Of a DNA stretch of 64,000 nt, positions 50,427 to 62,765 are shown in pieces (the stretch's first letter is position 1; each line of letters begins with the position of its first letter). The notes under the pieces were generated by a model. The model did not search any database and was not told the DNA's origin. It worked only from the letters and a program-made list of their open reading frames with translations. The stretch spans positions 42,406,381-42,470,380 of the forward strand of contig NC_081379.1 of assembly GCF_030684315.1 (NCBI RefSeq). The letters are read 5' to 3'. The stretch comes from Stegostoma tigrinum. Taxonomy: Eukaryota. The position numbers and the translations under genes were made by a program.

Positions 50427-51330
50427 ATGAATATGAAAATGCTAATCCTGTGTGGGCTTCTCTTGATTCTGATCCCATCAAAGGCTGATAGGTGAGTGGA
50501 GAAGAGAGAATTGAATGTGAACACCTTTTTACACTTATCCTAAGTGTATGCAAGAAAGCATTATCCGTCCACTTGCTGAGACTGTACACATATTCCCATA
50601 CATTCTAAGGGAGGAATACAATTGTGACCCATTCCCTTTAACACCTTAGAACTAACTGAATGGGAATTGAGACAGAATATCTTGAAACGGGGAAATAGAG
50701 ACGGGCACTCTACCAATGGTGTGAAGTGCTTGGTGAACACTGGCCGAGATCGGGTACAATGGAAATCAACAGGTTATAACCTGACCACCTTTGCGGGATG
50801 GGTACCACCCCAAGCACAATATCTCCTGGCTGTCCCCCACTTTGTTACTTTGACTAAGATGTCAGGGATAGGGAGGCCTGACGGCTTGCTCTGCCTGACA
50901 AGGGTGGAAAGCCAGGGAAAGGGAATGCTCATGCGATTTAGTAACTGTACGTAGAGCTAGAACGTATCATCTCCAGGACCCATCAGTGCATTCATCCTAA
51001 CCAAGAGTTTGTAAACGCATCTTTTCTCAGACAGGATGAACCTAGACTACTGACCTTCAAGAACCACACGAATAAGGGAATATTCTAACAATGCTGGTAC
51101 CCCAAGATTATCACTTGACTCATCACAAATAATGGCACCTACCTTGTGTGCAGATACGGAACATATGCCTGGCTTTTCCCAACCTGGAGAGGGTCATGTT
51201 ACTTGAGTTGTATGCTACCAGTCTGTTTTTAAAATGCATTATAGACACAATAATGAAGAAGATATCTTTAGGAGAGCCATGGATCAAGGGAGTGGCCCCA
51301 CCAGGTACCACCAAGCCATCGGATTACTAG
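50427..51330 (+). pseudogene. Gamma-type env remnant (SU present, TM ectodomain apparently deleted)
   Basis: MNMKMLILCGLLLILIPSKA signal peptide; in-frame TC*DCTHIP (CWxC-like, 50574-50585); SU C-terminal motif CxxxxYxxLxxxWxGxC at 51149-51199. No fusion peptide or CX6CC visible. Confidence 0.65.
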
Positions 51331-51998
51331 TGGAATGGCGAAAGAAAATGACCAGTTCATCGAACGATAAAAGGAAGATCATGGATGCAACATTGCGGTG
51401 AGAAGACTATCTTGGATTTTGATCTGGACTCTTGAATTCTGCCTTGGATTCATAGACTCTGATTTGGACTGTTTACTAATAATGGCCCTATGGCCATATT
51501 GTAGTCTAGGGCCAAAGCAGGAATCTGTGGGTGTGACCTGTACCTGTTTACACCAAAATGGCTGATGTTTGAAAGACACTAAAGGGCCAACAAGGACAAA
51601 AACAAAATAGGACAGCCTGCCCTAACATTTAAGTGAAATATAATGGTACCTTTGAACAAGACTACTCCAAGGTCAGCAAAAGCGCCTTACCACCAACCAT
51701 CTGAGACTGTTTTGATAAGAGAATGAGAGCAGACAACTGATTAATTGCAGCCTAATTAATGAAACGATTTCCCCAGTAAATGGGTAATGCCAGGTGCAGG
51801 TCTTGACCAGTCTGCCATGAGCAAGATAGATTGCCCACAATGCATTAATTACAAAATGCTAACAGTAGAAGTAGCTGTATAACTTTATATTTTATAATTA
51901 ACTATATAGTAGAAGTTAAACTAATAGCAAATAGCGAAAGCTAACGTATGTATTTTTACATATGTAGTTAGGACAGTGGGAAATTTCAGAGGAGTGAC

Positions 51999-52507
51999 TG
52001 AATTTTATAAAGGCAACACACACAATACAATGAATAACAGAATTCACACTACCTTTACAGATAAGCAAGCCTGAGACAGATTTGAAGGAGTATAACTAGT
52101 AACTTTGAAATGCAAATGAATAGGATGCATAAAAAGATCCCAAGGCCTAGAGATTAAAATGCCTGGTGAATGCCATATTCATGGGAACATGGGGCTGTCC
52201 ATAGGAATTCCCAAAATTGATTATGTCTCCTACAGATTGGGTGCATGTATTCAGGGGGAAGGACAGTGACTACACTGTATTTGATTATTGTAGTTCACTA
52301 TATTTCACTGCAAAATTCAGAGTAGGTCATTGATTTCTCTTCCTCCCAAAGATTAGGGGAAAAATTTCTTTCTCCTGTTGAGGCCAGGTCATTTGGCCCT
52401 CTCCCTGCATTAATCAATTTCTTCTTGAATAAAAGTCTTTCACTTGTCTGAATCCTGCCTGCCTCCTGAGTCTTTGTCCCCAGTCAAAGGCTATGCTGCT
52501 ATTATCA
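51999..52507 (+). repeat. Putative 3' LTR of the ERV
   Basis: Purine-rich tract then TG; AATAAA at 52428; ends ...tatCA abutting a minus-strand CR1 fragment (VELEDIGEVLNECFTS). Confidence 0.55.
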
Positions 52508-52777
52508 CATTTCTCTGTAATGCATGCAGATGTAAAGCACTCGTTTAAAACCTCGCCGATGTCTTCCAGCTCCACACACTGCTTGCAACATTGCAGCCTA
52601 ATTGTGTGAAATTGGGCAGAATATTTAATGTTTGTGAAATGATGGAGGTGGGGGGATGGCGAATTGGGTGAGTCCTTCATCACTTCAAAGATGATGTGTT
52701 ATTTTACCAGGCTTGGACATCAAAAAATGTGCAGGTGCACAGCGAACTCCTGAAATCGAAACATCCTATCAAAATGC

Positions 52778-55700
52778 TGTGTGGTTAATAACACAGGCTG
52801 GAGTTTGTTTTGTTATTAAGGCAACCAGTTTGAAATATCAGCCAACTAATTTAAACCAGGCACTTAGAAACTAAAACCAATTAAATTTTAATCTGATGGT
52901 TTTGACTATCTAGAACCGACCAATCCTATTGCAAGAAATTAATAAGACATCAAAGGGTATAAAAGAAGAGGGCATTTCCAAATCAGTATGAGAGCAGCTG
53001 TTATCTAATACAGTTAGTGGCCAATCAGTTCTCAGGATTAAAACAAAACACCACTGGTTGTCACAATTCTCTCAGCTTTCAGAAAGCCGTCATCAAATGA
53101 AAGATACAGTGACATTCCTAGCTAATGCTCTTGACACTGGGGAGGGTGTAAAACATTCTGGAAGATGTATCCTTTTGAGAGATTAAGCTTTAATTTATTT
53201 GATTATTATTTTGGTTTATATAAGTGGGGCTTCCATTTATTAGAACAGCATACCATTAGAATTTTGGCTTATTTGGGATGAGTTCATTATTAGGGTGGAT
53301 TGTTTGGTTTGTTAATTTGCTTGCTTAGAGTTAGATAAATTGTTACTAGTTGATTAGTGAGTGAAAGGATTTCATTTTGTTTAGCTATTCCTTTGTAACA
53401 GTTTGAGGGTGGGAGGTATGTTACGCTATTTTTCATATGTCTTTGAGGCAAAGCAAGCACCTCCTGGATATTTTAGTTTTAGTTATCAGAGGGGTGTCTA
53501 TCTCTGCTTCATTAACAGATTGGTGGCTCAGGTTTGGGATCTGAACCAAGTTAGACAGACTTGGGATATGAAAGCTCCCAGTAAATTTCAACAGATCTTG
53601 GGGATTAGTGTCATAGATCTTTTAAATAAAACCTAGGGGATAATGGGGAAAATATATTAATTTTTTTGGTACTTATGGTTGGTCAAATCAAAAGTGGAGG
53701 GAATGGCTTTTAACATTGCTAAGGAGGTTCTAGAGTTTGAAGATGCTTTTGCTAACTTGCCAAGACAGTTTAGAAAGAAAAAGGAGACTCTTTTAGAATG
53801 TGCAGACATGCTAAATTTGTGTTTTAACAAGGGATTAGAGGAAAGCTGAGGTGTTAGCAAATCATTTAGGTATACTGGAGAAACAGTAAAGTGCAGTTGA
53901 GTTGGGGGAAAAATAAATTGTAAAGGTAACAGCTGGAGTTAGAGAATGGGAGAAAGGAGAGAGAGTTTGAACTTTGGTTAAAAGTAGAAGAGAAAGCAAG
54001 GGGAAATGATTCTTAGCTGAGAGAGAATAAAGGGGGAAAATGTTTGAGTTGGAAAAACAAGACTTCAAATGATAAAAGTAAAACTACAAGATAGAAGTGT
54101 TGATGCTGAATTTGCTCATAGTTAACAGCCTGGTTGGGATATATACAAATATGCACAATCGGTACCCAAAACTCAATGAAATGGATGTAAGAGATGTTTT
54201 CACTTCATTTGAGAAATTGGCTAAACAGATGACCAGAGACTCTGATGTTACTTCAGACCAAGTCGAAAGGCAGGGCTAGTGAGATGTGTGCAGTGCTGTC
54301 AGATGAGTTGTTTTACTACTTCAAATTCTCTTAACATGTTATTTTGTGTGCCTATGAACTGGTACTAGGAGCACACAGGCCACAGTTCAGAAATGAAAGG
54401 AAGGAACCAGGTCAGACCTGTGCTGAGTTTGAAAGAGTTAAACAGCAACTTTCTCAGTTGGGTGAGAGATTTAAAGAAAAGGGGGAAAAAAAAACACGAG
54501 GATCATCGAGAGAATGCTCTGCTGGAGGAGTTGAAAAAAATCACTTCCAGAATGATCACTCCTGTTGAGGAACAGAAAATTAAAACAAGATGCAGAGATG
54601 GCAGATGAATGCACAGTAGGGCATTAAATCAAAATCTAGCTTCTGATAGCAATTTTGTTCTGTGAGGGATAGAAATTGAGGAAAAGAAGGATCCTTCAAT
54701 GAAAAACAAAGTAGATCATCCTGGAACAGTTTACCATGTGTGACGAAAGAAAGCCAGGAGGGTGGGAAAAGGGGAATGGCTTTAAGTGTATCCACTGAAT
54801 TCAACAGGGGCACTCAAAGTCAGTGCTGGTGGATTGAGAGGCACTGGTGAAAAAGGATCTGGTAAAACCCACCAAACAAGTGGGTAATGAAGGAAATCTC
54901 AAAAGAAGTTGAGGACCTACAGGAAAGTCCACAGTCTAGCCACTGGCTGGATAGTAAGATAGTGCCCAACCTCTTCAAAGACTCCACCTCTGTGGGCAAG
55001 GTTTTACTCAGGAAGAATGGGGCAGAAGGTAAAGAAATTAAAGTATTGAGGCATGGGAGCTGGACAGTCTCTAATAGTAAGAGAAAAAAGAATTTGCACT
55101 CCTTCTGAAAATTTAACTGAGAGCGATTTAATCTGTGGAATAAATGGACAGATTTAGTGTTCCCTCGTGTAAGATAAGGCTAAAGAGTCCAATCAAGACT
55201 GGGAAAGTGATGGTAGGAGTGATTGACTGTCTATCCCAGGAACACCGCTTGTTCTTGAAAGTGACCTAGCCAGCTCAAAGGTGAGAGTGATGCCTCTTGT
55301 GGTGAAGCCCAAAGAAAACCATGGAAGTGAGGAGTTGAAACAATATACTATGGAATTTTTTTTCCACACTGTTGACAATAACCCACAGTGATAAGTTGAA
55401 GCATGAATGGAAAACCAAAGGGAAAGAGGGAGTTGAAGTCCAGCTAGCTGATACCCTGTTTGATGAAATTGCAAAATAGAAAACGATGCAGGCAGCGGAT
55501 CAGGCAGAGATAATTAGTTCCAAAAGTCTAATGGAATTACAACAAAAAGCTGAGACAATGAAAGGTTTATACCATAAAGCCTAGTCGGAAAAGGAATCAG
55601 TATTCCAGAATATTGTTTTTCCCCCTGAGGATCAAGTCTTAATGCAGAAGTGGAGTCCTTGACAGGTTAGTGCAGAGGAGAAATGGGGAAGTTTGCCAGA

Positions 55701-58130
55701 CTTTTAGGTAGCATATAGATAGGAAGTATTGCGAGTAGCACACTAATTACCTGTAGGAGGACACCTCAGTGAGGAACACTCAGGCTAAGGAAAAAAAACA
55801 TTTCTATTGGCCTGGATTGCATAAAGATGTGGTTGAGTTTTGCTGTACTTGTCATTATGGTAGGAAAGCCACAGGCAATAATAAAACTAGTGCCTTTCGT
55901 GCTGATTCCCACATTTGAACAAACCTTTGTGCAGGTTTTGATTGCATAAATTCCTCCCTAAAGCCAAAAGTGGGAACCATTATTTATTAAACATAATGGA
56001 TGTCTACCAGATTTCTGGAGGCAATTCTATTGTGGAATGTTGAGGCAAAAAAGATTGTGGAGGAGTTGTTTGCTTTCATTACACATTACAGACTACCCAG
56101 GGAGATTCAGTCAGACCAAGGCTCCAAACTTCTAAACTATTTAAGGAGGTCATGGACAGATTAGGCATCCCATACATTCAATCAAGCTTGTATCATCCTG
56201 AATACCAGGAAGCATTGGAAAGGCGGCATCAGACTCTGAAAAATATAGAGGGCTTATTGCACAGATTTGTCAAATGATTGGGATAAAATGTATCCCTTTT
56301 ATATTGTTTGCTAGTAGACCTTCTCAAAATGAATCAACTCAGTTTACTCCATTCAAATTGATATTTGGACACAGTGAGTGTCCTTAAAACTAAAGAAAAA
56401 TTGATTGATAGGTCTGAAGTCAAATCTCACAGGTGGATTATGAAACTGAGGAGAGAAATGTTAAACACTAGGCAAATTAGCTAGACAACATTTGAAGGTG
56501 GTACAGTAGCTAATGAAGCAGGTAGTAGATAAGAAATCTAAAATTAGCATGTTTGTCCATGGGGATAAATTATTGGTGTTGTTACCAGTAGTTGGAGATA
56601 CCTTCAAAGCAAAGTGTATTGGTCCCTACCAGGTTGAGAAGTCAAGTCAGGTGGATTATCTAGTAAAAATGATATGGGACGGTGGTGGGGGGGGGGGGGG
56701 GGGGTGGAATAACTGAGTATGTCATGTGAACATGCTGAAACCTTACTCTGAGGAAAGGGAACTGGAGAAACTGGCATTAGTTACTGCCACTGAGTGAGGA
56801 ATAAAATTGAGATGATTCAGATTTTGATGTGCCCCAATAAATTAAATCTGAGGAAGTCCTTAAAGTATCGTACAAGGTAGTAAGCTATCTGCCTCAGGAA
56901 CAGACCACTGAATGTAAAGACGTGTTGCAGCACTGAGTACATATGTTGAAATAGAATGGGGAGGACTAATACCATAGTAGATGAAGTGGATGTAGGAAGT
57001 GCTGTTCCAATATATCAACATCCCGACATGCTTAATCCTCTCAAAGCAGCATGTCTACAAAAGAAAGTGGAAGTGACACTTCAAGAAAACCTCAGAGCTG
57101 AGATAAAGCAAGTGGAGTTTGGTTATGTTGGTTCCTGAACCTGATGTTACTCAATGATTCTGCGCAGATTATTGGAAGGTCAATGCTGTGACTAAATCAG
57201 ACTCTCACCAGTCCTCCAACCTTGGAAGTGGGTAGAAAAACTTGTCCAAGCCACCAGCATAAAAGTTGGACTTACTTCACTGTTGCTGGCAAGTATCTTT
57301 GTTGGGCAGACCAAATGGGCTGTATCAATTTAAAGTTATGCCCTTTGGAATGAAATGTGCACCAGCCACATTCCAAACACTTACGAACAGAGTTGCAGCT
57401 GGATTGACGATTTGTGTCATCTATCTGGATGACTTAATGATTTCAGCTGCTGTGGGCAAATCACATGGCATATTTGGCAGAGGTCTTCAAGAGAATACAG
57501 AGGGCAAAGTTGGTCATAAATCTGGCAAAGTCAGAATTCTCAAAGGAGAAGGGACATTCTTTGGACACATCCGACATGGATGGATGACACCAAGGAATGT
57601 GAAGATGAAGGCTGTAGAGAAATTTCTAAGAACATCCTCCAAGAAGGAGGAGTTGCAATTTTTGGGACTGAGCAGATTCTACAGGAAGTTTTTACCAAAT
57701 TTTATCGTGTGGTGGCACCACTGATGGATTTGTTAAAGAAGAACATGAAATTTCAGTTGGCACGAAGGCATTTGAAAACTTAAAAGCAGTGGTAACCACT
57801 GCACTAGTTTTAGCCATGCCAAATTTCTGAACACTTTAAAGCTGCTATCGACACAAGTGATGAAGGGGTTGGAGCTGTGTTGTTACAGGAGGATGATTGT
57901 GGAATTGAAAGGCCAATCGGTTATTTTTCAAAAACTCAATATCAACTAGTGACAATATTCACTTGTTGAAAAGGGAATTATTGTAACAAATTAATAGGTC
58001 ACCAAGAGTATGAAAGAGGGCATTTGAAAATTGGTGTGCAGGCAACTGCCATCTAATAGTTAATAGCCTATCAGCTCTGAAGAGAAAAATCACTGGCTGT
58101 CACAGAATTCTCTAAGCTCTCAGAAAACCC
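52778..58130 (+). mobile_element. Near full-length decayed Gmr1-type Ty3/gypsy LTR retrotransposon
   Basis: 5' LTR-like ~52778-53400; gag remnants (FTSFEKLAKQ, CAYELV); IN (GHL..FYWPGLHKDVVEFC, IQSDQG, GPYQV) before RT (GLYQFKVMPFGMKCAPATFQ, YLDDL) and RNase H. Partial 3' LTR at ~57985-58130 resembles 52950-53090. Confidence 0.85.
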
Positions 58131-58855
58131 TCCACTTCATAACATAATGGAACATCTCTCTCTCCCTGGTTGTTCTCATGACTGCAATACATTTATACAA
58201 TACCTTTTTGTACGTACTTTTATTTTACTCCGTGTTCTTCTATGCTCCCTCTGTTTTCCTAACTTTTTTGTGCAAACCCTGCACTTTCAATATGTATCTG
58301 GAGATTCCAGCGTTTTGAAACCTTGCAGTTTACCATGAACTTCCCTTTTTTCCCCTTATCTGACAATATACATTCCTTGATATCCAGAGTTCCCTGGACT
58401 ACTTGTACCCATTCTCCTCTTGGCCAGATGCTGCTCACACATAAAGACAGTAACTGAACTAAATTACCTGAGCCCTAGCTGTTGGGCTAGGTAATGAGGT
58501 AATCCTAAAGCTGTCCTTGGAGTGACTCCATAGTGGAGGGCCTCTGCTCTCAGATGAGCGGAGAAACCCACAAGAGCAAGACACCATGATTTGGGAAGAT
58601 AAGGAAAATGGATAAAAATGAAGGATTTCAGTGTGCCGTCAGCAATCCCTGAACAGTAACGTTTGCAAAGTGAACCCTACACTTGGGCGTGGAGAAGACT
58701 CCCACGATCTGAGAGGGATATCCAGCCCGTGTCAGCTTTATTCTTCAGTATTAACTTTTTTTACTTTGATTGTTCTGGGCATGTTAAACTTAGTGTGTGT
58801 TGATGAATTGCATGCTTGCTGTTAACCTTTTTCAAACCAATTGGTGTAAATTGCA

Positions 58856-59146
58856 TGATAATACAGTGTGAAGCTGGATGAACACAGCAGGCCCAGCAGC
58901 ATCTCAGGAGCACAAAAGCTGACGTTTCGGACCTAGACCCTTCATCAGAGAGGGGGATGGGGTGAGGCGGGTTCTGGAATAAACAGGGAAAGAGGGGGAG
59001 GCGGACCGAAGATGGAGAGAAAGGAAGATAGGTGGAGAGGAGAGTATAGGTGGGGAGGGGATAGGTCAGTCCACGGAAGACGGACAGGTCAAGGAGGTGG
59101 GATGAGGTTAGTAGGTAGGAGATGGAGGTGTGGCTTGGGGTGGGAT
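58856..59146 (-). mobile_element. Penelope pLTR fragment
   Basis: Same pLTR family; hammerhead core on the - strand at 58921-58948. Confidence 0.8.
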
Positions 59147-59209
59147 GTCTGCTTTAAATAAACTAATAAAGGTAAGTGGTCAGTTGATATAGATTTGACT
59201 CTTTGTGCT

Positions 59210-59595
59210 GAAGAAAGACCTAGGGATGTAAATTCATCGTTTCTTGAAAGTAGAGTTATGGTTTGATAGGATAATGAAGAAAGTGTTTGGTACGCTTGCC
59301 TTTATTGGTCAGGGTATTGACAACAGGAGTTGGGTGGTCACGTTGCAGCTGCACAGGACATTAGTTAGGCCACTTTTGGAATACTGCATGCAATCTGGTC
59401 TCCCTACTATAGAAAGGATATTGTGAAACTTTTCCCTAGAGTGTTGCAGGCTAAGGAGTGACCTTTATAGAAGTTTCTATAATCATGAGGGTTATGGATA
59501 GGATGAATTGAAGTGGTCTTTCCCCAGGGTGAGGGAGTCTAAAGCAAGAGGACATAGGTTTAAGGTGAGAGGAGAAAGATTTAAAAGGGACCTAA
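59210..59595 (+). mobile_element. CR1-group LINE fragment
   Basis: LHRTLVRPLLEYCMQ; aggtttaaggtgagaggagaaagatttaaaaggg. Confidence 0.8.
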
Positions 59596-59959
59596 ATATA
59601 TATGACAAAGGCAATTCTATCTCTGTTTGTTTTAAAAACAAATCTACTGACTTAATCAACTTGTGTTTATAAACAGTTTATTGCTAACATTAGCCCTGCA
59701 TTTGGAGAGAAATATATATTTTTCAAAATTACTGGAGCTGAAATGCATTTACCAGCAGTAACTATTCAACAAACAGTCAACTCCTGCCTCATCAACTTAG
59801 AGCCCCTAATCATAACCTTGCAATCTGTGATTGTCATTACATTTCAAAAATATTAAACTTCATATTTTTGTAAATTCAAAATGATTTTCAAATGTATTAC
59901 AGCTGTCTTGGTGGGGGTGGGGGGGAATCTTGCCACATGTTAACAGTGCTCATATTGCT

Positions 59960-62765
59960 CTTTCATAGGATGTGGATGTAATTGACAAGTCCAGTCTTTG
60001 TTATCCCTCCGTCACTTCCCATGAAGCTGAGTGGCTGTTTAGGCCTGTTCAAGGGGCATTTAACAGTCAACCACATTGCGGTGGGCCTGGAGTCACAGGT
60101 TAGTCAGAACAAGTAAGGACAGCAGACCTCCAACCTGAGGGATATTGTGCCACCTTTAAAAGAAAAGCTGTAAAAAAATTAATGCTAATCACCTGTTTGG
60201 ACAGGCTATGAACCTATCTTCTGTAGTTGGTTTTTTTGGTAGTGACTCAGTTTGCGGGACCAGTGGTGAGACTTAAAAAGAGCTTAGGTGTCCTCTAGTG
60301 GTCCGAAGCCAAATTGTATACAGTTCCACCGTCGCATCACCCATCAGAAAATTAATTTTGGGTTAGCTGAAACTTATTAAAATGTTTATCCAGCTTGCTG
60401 ATTACTCTTTATGATATTACAATAACTCATCTCTTAATATAACCAAACTAAAAAGGCGAAGCATGAATTTTCTGCAATGACTATATCACAGTAAAGGTCC
60501 CAGTAAAAGCAGATACTGAGAACCAAATGGCTCTCAAATTCATGACGAGGTGCTCAAAAGACAGGCTTTTGTCGAGTGGACAAGTCACCATGTCAAAGCA
60601 AGGATGTAAATGCCAACACTCTCAATGCTGCTTGGAAATCTAGTTGAAAACCTTGAGCCTGTGCTGCCACCAGCTTGAGATAAATCATAATGTGCAGCAA
60701 ATATTTGGGAAGAAACACAATTGGTCTGAACCCTGGAAGTAAATTTCTTTACACTTCCTTCCAATTTCCCATGTAGATACAAGTGCCATCTTGGAGAAAG
60801 GACAGCAGAAGCCTGGTCTCTGGGTACCTGGAGAATGCTACAGTTTCTCCATCGGATACAATGAGTCAAAGCTCACCCTCCTCCTGTAATGCATCAGTCC
60901 ATGTTGCAGAAATAGCAACATGGCATTTTTGACTTCTTGGTCGTGGATAATTTGGGTCAGGGGCTTTATAGCCTGAATTCCCCTGGCCCCCATGGAGGTG
61001 ACTTTTTGGAGAAGAGGGCACTGAAGGAAGAAGGTGGGGTGAAAAAATGCTGAAAGAGTTATGAGAGCCAACCCCTGCAATTGTCACCTCCAATTCTATT
61101 TCTCCCCATGGCTATGCTGTGTGTCCAAATGTCAATCTTCCTGGCAGTGGTAGGACACTGAGTCATTGAGGAGCTAATTAACAAGCATTTTCCTGGCAGC
61201 AGGGAGACGTAAGTGCCATTATCTGAGCTTATACAGTCACTTTGTAAAGGACGAACAGGTCTGAAATAGCACAAGAGAAGCAAATACAGTCATGGAGGTG
61301 TTGCCCCTGCAGATTGATCCTGTTACTTCTTGTTATGTTTTCATGCCTATACCTAGGTGTAGCTGACACGGCCAATAGATGTTGTCCATCTCTAATGGTC
61401 CATGAAATGAATGGCTTTCTGGGTCACTTCAGAGAACAGTAAGAGTCAATCATATGCTTTGGTCTGGACTCATGTGTAGGCCAACCCAGGAAAAGGATCC
61501 TGCATTTTCTTCTCTAAGGGCTACTAATAAACCAGAAGGATTTGAAAACATTTGTTTGCACTTGTGGTCACCATTACTGAGAACCAGCTCCATATTCTAG
61601 ATGTTCTAATTTAATTTGTCAAACTGCCACCTGCACTTCCCCATAACATAACACTGGCCCTTTGTTAGACTAGTCCAGCAAAATTTCCAATTGGCTGTTG
61701 TCTTTTGGTACATGTTGTTGGCCTCAATGGCTCATCCTTTACTTTGCATTGTTTTGCTTTACACTTCTCTTTTAACCAGACAGCCCGGCCAAACTTCCTT
61801 GCTGCCTAGTCCAGGTTTGAAATTTACAGACTGCAGAGTCCTGACCTGAATGTTCACTAAGGGGCTTCCATCAGACATTACTGCTGGGTGAGCACTAGTG
61901 AGCTGAAAATGTATTATTCATCCCCTTAATTGGAATAGCTTGAGGCCATTTCAGAGACAGGTGCAAATCAATCATATTTCTATGGGTCTGCAGTCACATG
62001 TAGACCAGATTGGGTAAGGTTTAGAAATTCTCTTCCCTCAAGACCATTAGTGAGTCTGAGATGTAATTACCAAAAAATGACACTATCCACTATCAGCAAC
62101 GTTGAGACTAGTATTCAGACTCCTATTTATTAATTGAGTTTCAAGTTCCACGAGCTACTATTTGATGCCATATCTACAGAATGTTAGCCTAGGCCTTGGG
62201 ATTATTATTTCAGTGACCTTATCACTATATTGCCATCTTCAAAAGCTTTCAGTGTGCTATTTCCACCATTTGGTCAATGTTGGCCAGCCTTCCTTTTGGC
62301 CCCTCTGACTCAGCATTATAGACTCGTGGGATCATAAGCCATGGCAGCAAACCTCTTTGTCCAAAGCATCCATGCCAACCAAGTTTCAGAAACAAACTAG
62401 TCTCAGGTGAAATGCATTTGGCCCATATCATCTTTGCTCTCTTGTATCTGAATGCTACCCACTGGCAAACACAGGCTACAAGATATCTCAGTACTGACAA
62501 AACTGGGAAGGTGATAGCCTAACGATGTTGTTAATCCAGAGTCCCAGATAATGTGCTGGGTTAACATGTTCTGATTGTGGTAGATGGTGGAGTCTAGTTC
62601 ACTGTTGTCTTTTAGGGAAGTAAGCTGCTGTTCTTAGCAGGAATAGCCTACATGTGACTTCAGAGCCACAGCGATGTGGTTGATTCTTAGCTAGCCTCTG
62701 GCTAATTAGGGATGGGTAATAAACGCTGGCCTAACTTATGATACCCACATCCAATCACTAATAAA
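59960..62765. repeat. Cluster of old Deu-type SINE copies (~59960-60150 -, ~61380-61680 -, ~61920-62240 -, ~62510-62765 +)
   Basis: Repeated gagtcaaccacattg...ggtctggagtcaca / cctacatgtgact...cacagc.atgtggttga core sequences. Confidence 0.6.

Larger units (their letters stand above)
44340..52507 (+). mobile_element. Decayed endogenous retrovirus (gag-pro-pol-env-3'LTR), no matching 5' LTR seen
   Basis: Protease LVDTRS..LGMALL; RT RQYPIRPEA, NSPTWPV, VLDIANRF*, QYVNNILL; tether domain; RNase H MFIDG..SAQVAELKAL..IKVKAH; IN QIDFIGPL, DSDQ*THFTG, HPQSSGMIETINRTLK; env with signal peptide, C*DC and YLVCRYGTYAWLFPTWRGSCYL. Confidence 0.85.

Noticed and set aside
45635-50600. APOBEC-type G-to-A hypermutation of the ERV (DTG>DTR, NGF>NRF, YVDD>YVNN, W>stop)
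   Set aside because: Several of these changes sit in ancestral CpG contexts and are explained by methyl-CpG decay; editing cannot be claimed without a consensus alignment.
60585-62500. Short ORFs, including a faint Harbinger-like LLPWLMIP at ~62330-62355
   Set aside because: Too short and degenerate to support a call; no TIRs or further DDE motifs recognised.
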